Assembly: GCA_040285745.1 (NCBI GenBank)
Contig: JAUFOR010000008.1
Location: 124,001-188,000 of the forward strand
Origin: Barthelona sp. PCE
Lineage: Eukaryota
DNA length: 64,000 nt
Direction of reading: 5' to 3'
Shown here: piece after piece, positions 11,755 to 21,000 of the stretch
Numbering within the stretch: position 1 is the first letter of the stretch
Layout: the number at the start of each line of letters is the position of its first letter
Made by a program: the position numbers and the translations under genes
The notes under the pieces: model-generated
Seen by the model: the letters and a program-made list of their open reading frames with translations, nothing else
What the model was told of the DNA's origin: nothing
Database searches by the model: none

Positions 11755-13587
11755 TTACTCTATATTATCTTCCAATGTTACACTAGCAAGTGGGTCCTTA
11801 CGGTCTTTCTCAAATACACGTGTTGCAATTTTGAATCGAAGGTCCGCCAGCTTCTGATCGTGTGCAAACCCACCATGATTATTGATGAGAACAAGCAAAA
11901 AAACCGCAAACCATAACTCACTAGAGGACAATGCCAATCGAACTAATGGAACTGCACATGGTCTCATATCCTCCAAAAAGAAACACATTACGATAAAAGA
12001 CATGGCTATGGATGTATCATCTTCATACCATGACGTTGCAGGTCTTAAAGTCTTTGATTTTGCAATTGAAATACCTCTATTCATAAGTGAAATCCCGGTC
12101 TTCATTACATTATACCGGTTCAAAGGTACAGATGCGCACTTTTCAACAGTATCTAAAGATATTGTATCATCGTAATCTACATTCTCCCCACATATCGTGT
12201 CAAACAAAGAGTTCATAATGGTTGATATTGTTATCTTCTTCATGGCAATGAGTGGCTGCGGATAGATGTAATTATTGGTGAAGGGTGCCGAAAACACAAC
12301 GCTCACAAGCATTCGGACGGCAAGCGAAAGCGCAGTAATTGACGATGGCCTCACAGACGCCGCCTGAAGTGCATGGTGCAAAGACAGGCTACTGGAACCC
12401 TGTGTAGCATAAATTCCAGCCATTCCAAAATGAGCAGAAAATGATTGTCTCTCAAGTAACAGAGCTTGTTGGAACGCCTCAATCGCCAACGTTGCGTCAT
12501 CCATATCACTCAGCAAGTGTCCCAGTAGGACAAACGACTGTGAAGATGGTTTAAGTTGATTTGTGTGAAATAGAATGTCCATTGCCTGTAAATAATTATC
12601 CTTTGCAATGTGTCTGATTGCTAAACATGCTCCTGTTTCTGGCCGGATAAATGTATGTACAGCGAAGTCTTTTCGCTCCAATGTAGAGTGTCTTATGAAC
12701 CTGTCAAAGTCAGCTGACACACATCTTTCGATAAGGGTGTCTAACATAACATTCTTCTGAAGCGCCCACAGCGAACGCGCGTAGTCAACAACGGTGATGT
12801 AGTCGATACATTCCTTGTTCAATTTCGACAGCAATTGGAGTGCATGACTATAATCATTGAGTTGAGAGCTTACCAAGGCATCTATCCGAATATATGCTCT
12901 ATTTGATCCAATAAACTCACTGTGTTGGGCAATGTACTGCTTACATATGTGATTCCAACCTGAATGATAAAGATACATACAGTCAAGTAACACACCAATT
13001 GTTTTTGAGAAGTCGGCCAATGTTTTTTGTCTCCGTCTATACATTTTTTCTCTCCTCTCTGTTCCTATATTCATCTCCTCTTCACTGTTGAACGCTTCCA
13101 AAGGTGCTGGTCTAACCCATTCATTTGGTTCTAAAACTTCCAACACTATCTTACGGTTCTGAAGATATAATTTCATTGCTTCAACAGATCTTGGCTCCAT
13201 ATCCCATGCTATTCTAAAACAGGTACATGCGCTTTCCACACATTTTGTCATTAAATAGCATTTACCTAAAAGTATAAATCCAGCAAAACCCATTGGCATC
13301 AAGTCACGGTCAATTACATCTAAATTCTGATGGTTTAAGAGCAGAATCTTTGCCTGTGTATAATTCCGCATGTGAAATAGACAAAAACAGTGATAAAACA
13401 ACATTTGTTTGTTTGCTAATCTCATACTAGTAATGCTCAATGCATTTTGGTACATCCTATCCCGTATTAACACCTTTACCGCTGGTAGAAGAGCATCTAA
13501 ATCTCGTGATTGTGAAAAAACATCGCTATAAAAAGCTAAATCAACATCACAGAGACTATTCTCCAAGTGCTCCATAAAGCCCTGCAT
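11755..13587 (-). CDS. TPR protein, APC/C subunit Cdc27/APC3-like (divergent)
   Basis: RPETGACL...SFVLLGH...AIEAFQQAL...SAHFGMAGIY parallels the Cdc27 TPR block. First ATG at 13587. Confidence 0.6.
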   Translation of the reverse strand: MQGFMEHLENSLCDVDLAFYSDVFSQSRDLDALLPAVKVLIRDRMYQNALSITSMRLANKQMLFYHCFCLFHMRNYTQAKILLLNHQNLDVIDRDLMPMGFAGFILLGKCYLMTKCVESACTCFRIAWDMEPRSVEAMKLYLQNRKIVLEVLEPNEWVRPAPLEAFNSEEEMNIGTERREKMYRRRQKTLADFSKTIGVLLDCMYLYHSGWNHICKQYIAQHSEFIGSNRAYIRIDALVSSQLNDYSHALQLLSKLNKECIDYITVVDYARSLWALQKNVMLDTLIERCVSADFDRFIRHSTLERKDFAVHTFIRPETGACLAIRHIAKDNYLQAMDILFHTNQLKPSSQSFVLLGHLLSDMDDATLAIEAFQQALLLERQSFSAHFGMAGIYATQGSSSLSLHHALQAASVRPSSITALSLAVRMLVSVVFSAPFTNNYIYPQPLIAMKKITISTIMNSLFDTICGENVDYDDTISLDTVEKCASVPLNRYNVMKTGISLMNRGISIAKSKTLRPATSWYEDDTSIAMSFIVMCFFLEDMRPCAVPLVRLALSSSELWFAVFLLVLINNHGGFAHDQKLADLRFKIATRVFEKDRKDPLASVTLEDNIE

Positions 13588-13657
13588 ATTTTGGCCCACT
13601 TAACTGTTGAAAAAGAATAAAAATGTGAATGCAGCTTCTTTCATGTGATGATAATAG

Positions 13658-14740
13658 CTAATCGTTTTTACTTTTTGTAATATTAACAATTGGTGCTGTT
13701 TCAGTCAATTCATCCTCTATATCATGAAGTTGACCCTCTTCCATTAAATCAATTCGATCGATATCTTCTAAGGGTACTTTCTCAAGTAAATTATTTTCTT
13801 TAAGCATGAGCTCTGTCAATTTTCGATTGACTTCGTAATAAGAATATATTCCAGCACCAACAAGTGTAATTAAAATACCAAAACCATTTACCCATGTAAT
13901 TACGTTCTGGAATATGAATACACTAAGTATAATGGTGAGTAACTGCTTCAAATTTCCGCAGACTGTTAATGTTACAGGGCTTGTCTGCTGATTAACGATG
14001 AAATTGGAAATATTCAAAAAGAAAGCTATCACACCTGATGTAAAGATCATCCTCCATGCCAACCCTGCGTTTTCGGTTGCGCTGAGGACTAGAACTTTCT
14101 TGCTCTCAGTTATAAGTGAGTAAGGGAACAACCATACAAGGGAATACAATCCCATGCGACTTACAAGATCAATGGGGTGCAATTTATATTCGCCTGCTAG
14201 GAATTTGTGCGCCATAACAGCTTTTAATGCGCTTAGTATAACACCAAAAATTGCAAAAAACATTCCCCAACCGTTTGCATTCATTTCTCCATAACATGCT
14301 ATAATCATACCAACAATCAAAATTACAAGGGCAGGTTTTGCTCGAGGATTCATATTTTTCTTCAAAATAAAAAAAGACATCACAACGGCAAATACAGGGG
14401 TTGTTGCTCGTATAGTTTGCGTCAAACTAACAGAAATTTGTGCTAAACTGGAGTTACCCACTGCGATGTTTGATGCGAATAATAAGGAAAACCATAACAT
14501 AAGCTTGTTTCCTTTCTTACTTAATTTTTTCCTTGGAAATTTGTCAGGAAATAGAAACTTGAGCAGTGTTGCAAGCCCTCCGGAGCATAAACAATGCACA
14601 CAAGTGAGTAGTACTGGGAAACGACAATCCATAAAGCGGAAAATTGCTTTATTAAGCAAAGTTATGCCAATATTTAGGAACATCCATGTGCTGATCCAGG
14701 CCCATACAACCAACGGCGACTGTGTCGTCGTTTTTCCCAT
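13658..14740 (-). CDS. triose-phosphate/nucleotide-sugar transporter family (SLC35E-like)
   Basis: About 10 TM segments; LNK, FPVLLT, QTIRATTP and TSPVTLTVCGNLK motifs. Confidence 0.9.
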   Translation of the reverse strand: MGKTTTQSPLVVWAWISTWMFLNIGITLLNKAIFRFMDCRFPVLLTCVHCLCSGGLATLLKFLFPDKFPRKKLSKKGNKLMLWFSLLFASNIAVGNSSLAQISVSLTQTIRATTPVFAVVMSFFILKKNMNPRAKPALVILIVGMIIACYGEMNANGWGMFFAIFGVILSALKAVMAHKFLAGEYKLHPIDLVSRMGLYSLVWLFPYSLITESKKVLVLSATENAGLAWRMIFTSGVIAFFLNISNFIVNQQTSPVTLTVCGNLKQLLTIILSVFIFQNVITWVNGFGILITLVGAGIYSYYEVNRKLTELMLKENNLLEKVPLEDIDRIDLMEEGQLHDIEDELTETAPIVNITKSKND

Positions 14741-15051
14741 TATGCAATGATAAATGAGGAGATAAAAGCCAAAACAAATGTACAGTTGGGTATTCAACTT
14801 TTTTATACTTCAACACGCCAAAAAATACCTGGATGCGCCTCTTAATCATACAATAATTGAATTGAAAAGTGAACCCTGCAAGAAAGAAATCATTTTTAGC
14901 AAAAACAGTTTTGTGGGATAAGATCACGGGTAGAGACTTAAAATTACATATGAACAGTATGAGGAGTCCAAAATCAAAATTATGAATTGATGGGCTTGAT
15001 AAATGTCCTTATTAAACATTATATTCCTTTTCGTTTATTCACACATTACAA

Positions 15052-18022
15052 ATGAGCAAATCTAAAGATATTGAAACATGTTTATCATCTAAGGTATGAA
15101 TAACACGTCTTTTAAAAGACATTCATTTTTGTTTGCATTTACATTCAGGAAGTCAAGGCTTTACATCGAGAAAACTTTGAAAACGAGTATCAGGAGCACT
15201 ATCCAGCTGAGTTTTTAACTTCATTGGGCTTTGAACGTCTTCAATGTCCTTCATGTAACCACTTCTTCTGGCGTCATAATGAAAGCACTCTTGACGTCTG
15301 TGGTGATTCCAACTGTGTGGGACAATACACTTTTATTGGGAAGGGTTGCGGCATTGGTTCTAACGAACTTGAGTCTCCCCAAAAAATCACATTCGGCGAG
15401 GCTTGGAACATCTACGTAGACTCAATGAAGACTTACGAGCACCCATCAACGCCTATTCCTCGTTTCCCCGTCGTTGCACGTTGGAGGACCGATGTTGATT
15501 TCGTTGCTGCAGGCATTTATTGTTTCCAACCATACTGCGTCACGGGCGAGGTTGATCCACCGGCTAACCCCCTTGTTTGCCCCCAATTCTGCCTTCGGTT
15601 CAACGATCTAGATTCGATCGGTCTGTCAGGAAGACATCACGCTGGTTTTATCATGATTGGTAATCAGGCTTTCAATTATGGTGATGACATCCACTACTTT
15701 GCTGATGAAGTTGTTGGTGCCCATCTTCACTGGGTCACAAAGGGTCTCAATCTAAACCTTAAGGATATCACTCTTATCGAGGATCTTTGGGCCGGTGGTG
15801 GTAACATGGGTCCTTGTGTAGAAATATTTACACACGGTCTCGAAGTCGGCAATATGGTTCTAATGAAGTACCGTTACGATAACGTTGGTGAACTCACCCC
15901 CCTTGACGTCAAGGTTGTTGATGTTGGTATCGGTCTTGAGCGTATCCCATGGCTCGTCAACGGCACACTCACCTCTTACCAGGACACTCATGCTTATGTT
16001 CTTGAGTACCTACAGGAGAAAACAGGTGTTGAGCTCGACAACGAGATATGGCAAAAGTTTGCCCCCTACTCTTGTCTTCTTAATGTTGACGAGTGTGAGA
16101 ACATCGACCAGGCCTGGGAAGACATTGCCAAGGAGCTGGGCGTTGACGTACAGGATCTCCGCTCCGCTGTTGAGGCAGGACGCGATATTTACATTATTGC
16201 TGACCACACTCGTGCTCTCATGATCCCCGTCTATGATGGTGCTCTTCCTTCACAGTCCGGATCCGGTGCAAACCTGCGTAACATCATCAGACGTGTGTTT
16301 GCCATCCTCAACGAACGTAATTGGATTTCTTCTATTGGATTCGATGGAATCATGCATATCTTTGAACTTCATAAAAAGCAGCTCGAGCCTTTATACGGTA
16401 AATTCGCTGACTTCTCCTCCCTTGAGGGTATTATTCGCTCCGAGTTTGACAAATACGAAAACTCAACTGTTGAAGTCACCAAAAAACTCAAACAACTCAT
16501 GAAGAAGAAGAAAGATGGTCTTTCTCTCAATGATTGGATCATTCTCGTTTCCAGCCACGGTCTCCCTGCAGATAAAATCGCTGAAGTCTTGGGTGAGCCC
16601 ATCCCCGGTAATCTTTACTATGAGATTGCTACTCTTGACGAGAAGACATCTGCCAAGCAGATTCTCCAGCTGTACGACACTGTGAAGATCCCTGCTACCC
16701 GCGAACTATACAAGGAGAACGAACGACAGATGACGTTTAGCTCCAAGGTTGTTACAATTCTTGATAGTGTTGAGCTCAAACTTCCCAACCGTGTTGTTAT
16801 TCTTGAAGAAACATGTTTCTACCCCACATCAGGTGGTCAGGAGCATGACATCGGTACCATCACAATCAATGGCGAAGAATACAATGTTATTGATGCTATC
16901 AAGGTTGGTGGTTCGGTGCTTCACACGGTTGACAGAGAAGTCACTGTTGAACCTGGAACAGAAGTAACTGGTATCGTTGACGAGCAGCGTCGTGAAACAC
17001 TCCGTCAATTGCACAGTGCAACTCATATTCTAAATCACGCTGCCCAGATGGTATTAGGCCCTCATGTGTGGCAAAACGGTGCTTCTAAGAAAGCCACTGG
17101 TGCACATATTGATATCACACATTACAAGATCATCACTGAAGAAGAGATCCTTGAGATCGAGCGCATGTCGAACGAACTTATTAGGAGTCGTGCTGAAGTT
17201 GTCATCAAAGATTTCCCACGTGAAGAGGCTGAGCGCCTTTATGGTTTCTCACTTTACCAAGGTGGTGTTGTCCCAGGTAACAGTATTCGTGTTGTTAACA
17301 TGATGGGTATTGATATCGAGGCATGTTGTGGTACTCACGTCCAAAACGTTTCAGAGATTGGCTTCTTACGTATCACACGTTATAACAGAGTAAGTGATGG
17401 TGTTTCACGACTTTACTTTGTTGCAGGTGATCTTGCTTCTCAATACACTATGGAACAACAGCGCATCATCTACAAGTTGCGCAATGATTGGTCTGTCGAT
17501 CAGGAGGACATTGTAAGCACTGGTGAACGTTTCTTTGCCGGTTATAAGAGCTACAAGGCCGTGGCACCAATTGCTTTAGAGATGACTCTTCGTGCGAAGA
17601 TGGCTGAGGCTGCTCTTGGTCCCGTTGAAGGACATAAGCTTCTCTTTGTTGATCACACGAGCGATGCCTCTGTATATATTAGAACAATGCCTCAGATGTT
17701 TGATTTCATCAAGGATCATGGCCTTGAGGTGGTAATTGTTGGTGGTAATTATGTTGTTATGAACAAAGGTTCAGACTTTGAGGAAGAATTCATGGGTAGC
17801 TTTGAAGATGCTGTCAATGTTTTGAAGGAGAGAAATGCTGATGCCTTGGACTATAGCAAGGCTAAAATCATTAAGAAGAACAAGCTTAAGGTTAAAACTA
17901 AGGTTAATGGTAAGAAGAAGGTTATTAATCACACTGGTATTGCTCATCACAGTTTGATCAGCTGCCCCAAGGCTGTTTCACTTAAGAATTTCTTTGAGGA
18001 AGCTGGTTTCATCTTGCAGTAA
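15052..18022 (+). CDS. alaS: alanyl-tRNA synthetase, archaeal type; join(15052..15093,15149..18022)
   Basis: RFPVVARWR-D...IYCFQP...PPANPL...LRFNDLDSIG-SGRH, W-GGGN-GP and VD-GIGLER are archaeal-type AlaRS motifs. Editing-domain motifs HSATH and CCGTH are present. An upstream ATG exon (MSKSKDIETCLSSK) joins in frame across a 55-nt intron. Confidence 0.93.
15094..15148 (+). other. spliceosomal intron (55 nt) in AlaRS
   Basis: GTATGA donor, T-rich tract, TTCAG acceptor. Removal gives the ATG-less 932-aa ORF an in-frame ATG. Confidence 0.85.
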
Positions 18023-18055
18023 ATGTTTTTTATTTCTCACGTTTTTCAGCAGACA

Positions 18056-21000
18056 ATGACAAACGATATCTATTATTACGAGCGATTACCCGAGTACAAA
18101 GTTACCAACTATGGGGAGATGGTTTTGTTTGAAGATTTAGAGTTGAAAAACAACTTTTCTTTGTTGGAGAAAGATACACTTAAAATGAGTACTCCCAACT
18201 CGCAAGATGTTGCAGATACTAAGAAGGAACAAGGTTCCAATTTCGGAAAAACGTTCTACAGTCACGGTATTTTTGGGGTGTTCAATCGCATGATTATATT
18301 AATATCTTCAGTTGCAAAGATCGGTACAATTGGCTCATATGACGTCTTCAAGGTTACAAAATTTGATTTCTTGCAGTTTAACGAGAATGAAAAAATGAGC
18401 GATGCTGAAAAACTAGACTTTGCACAAACAGAATTTAAATGTCGGTCGAAGATAACTCGCGATTAGCGAGTTGTCCAATCTTTACTAATAATAGTAAATA
18501 TAAAGATGTTTACAAGTGAATGAGAAAACTTCTATCAAAATTCTAAAGGGAGTTTCGCTTTTATTACCCGTATTAGTCTTCTACAATTACATGATTGGTC
18601 TCAAACATAGTCAGGTGTGCATACAGAGGGAATCGATAGTTGAGGTTGAAAGAAAACCTAGAGATTATAAAAACTCTTTGTATTTCACTATCCAGTACAG
18701 AACAAGAGATGGAACAGATGCAACTGAGCGTTTCATCATCAGCGACTGCTGTTTTGCAAGCAGGAAAAGCTTCACTTCCGAAAAATTTGGAGTTTTGCAC
18801 ATTCATCCTCATGTGAGTTATTCAACTCCCATGCTAAGGGCAAAAGTCGGGTTAAGATGGAAATAGGCAAATCACTGACCAAGAATCAAGCCCATATGGT
18901 TGGACTTTTCATTTTCACGGGAAAACCCTTCACTGATCATTTACCATTAGATGTTCAGGGAAAATATTAGCCACTGCTCTTAATCACAAGTTGATACAAG
19001 AGTCATTCATTTCTAAGCAAGAAATTCGAGAGAAACTGAACATAAATGGATTTGATTACTCCACTATAAGAAAATGTTTAAAAGGCTTGCAAACAAAAGC
19101 CGGTGATAGAGATTTTATCACCAGCAAACAGTTTAGTGGAATGATGAACGAACAATTGTTTGAGTGGAACGATGATCATAGATACTGGGAATGTATAGAT
19201 CCTAATGTCTTTCGTAATTCACTTTATCCAGGATATTTTGGAATTGACCATAGAAATATTCGAAATATAAGGGTGCATTTTCCAATGAATATCGATAACA
19301 GTGATATATTTGCTTACCATGGTCTTCGTTTGAAAGATAAAAGTTTGAATAGTATTAGCAATCGATATGGTCGGAAATGGGCTTCATCTTTCACGCTTTT
19401 TCTGAGACACAACGCGTCTATGGTACATTCATTCGTTTTGAAGACATTAGTACATTCTCTTAAAAAACAAGCAGAGCTACAGGGTGGTGCCTGTTGCAGC
19501 TTTGAATATGACGTTTCCAGTGACAGTTACAGCGCTGCTCTCATTGTAATGAAGGTCCCAGAGCAATTAGTTATTGATTATATTGATGATCCTATTTATA
19601 ACAGAGATACCAAAATGTTCTTTAATGACACACGCTCTACTAAAACAATGAATGACTACATTATTAGTTTAAAAGGAAGGTTTGTGGTCTTTGACATTTT
19701 TGATGTGGAGTACAAAGATCTTAACGACCTTACAATTTACTCTGATGCATTAGATGAGGGATACCGTAACCTCACAATGCCTTCAAGTATGAACAAGTAT
19801 GGAAAACGGTCTCAAGACGTTGCATATCATATATTATCATCTTTTAAGCGAAAAGGAGTAATTGAAGAATTTTCCATCATTGAGAAGGAATCTAGAGATG
19901 GTTGGGGTTTACACGAATGTATTGTTGACATGGGAGACTCCAACATCAAGATCGTTATTGGTACAGATAACGGTACGCCTGAACAGACAGCATGTCAGAA
20001 AATTGTTGATGCATGTACGTCAATATCACGTATGCCATGTGCCTGCCATGTGCTCAACAAGCTAATGAGCAAGACAGTTGGATTTGAAGTCTTTGAAAAT
20101 GAAGGTTTATGTGATGGTGTAATAGAGGATATAAATTTGCTTAGTAGAGTAGATACTGAGATAAATGTTGATATTTTCAATAATATTACAAGTACTGTTC
20201 CCTTCAGGAGGCTTCGCAAGAAACTTGAGTCAAGAACACTGTTCACTAACCGTTTACCAACACGTTCTCCTGCTGTTAGACTTTCATCAGTCGTGGATCT
20301 TGAGAAGACTAACATGAGATTCACCGGTTCTGTCAACACAATAGAGGATATTGATGATGAAACTATTGAATCCGTTTGTATTCATGACAACTCTGATAAC
20401 CCTGGGTTTAGGGATGAAGCACTTCTCTTTATCTTCGCGTACGTTTCATATTATGAGACGCAGTGCATCGAGTTTTTAGAGGGTAAAAACAAACCGAATT
20501 ATTTGATGAATTTTGATATTTATCTTAACAACAAAGCGAATTTTGAGTCAAGAGGAGGAAGTCAACGTGAGCGTCCCACTGTTCAACAGGAGATACCCTT
20601 CTATGATGGGTTCACTCGTCATCTGAATTTGATGCCGTTGTATGAGTACTCCAATCTTATTAAAGAGCAGAAAAATGTGTGCAAAAGTTCGCCAGCATTC
20701 AGTCTGTTATTGCAGTTGAGATCATGAGTGTCTTCTTTAAATACAATTCATTGTGGTGTACGTATACAGGTAAAAGCTGTGTTCTTAAGCAAGTTCGTTG
20801 GAGCTCTTTGGAAACTATATATGAAGTGTTGTGTAGTGGACTCTATGTTGACATCCCCTTAACAGCCATGCCAGGCTTAAAAATAGCGATGAATTCAGAT
20901 AATGTAGTAGTTGACATGTCGCATTTGGAAATCACTGAGGCTTTTTTAAATAGTGAATATTTTCAAGATTTTGAGTTTAAGTTGCCGATTAAACGTATTT

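Noticed and set aside
18958-18970. G_GGA_AAA slippery heptamer before a TAG in the transposon, suggesting programmed -1 frameshifting
   Set aside because: It explains only one of several frame breaks and needs another shift upstream; no stimulatory structure is evident. A single GT-AG intron (18813-18990) explains the region more simply.
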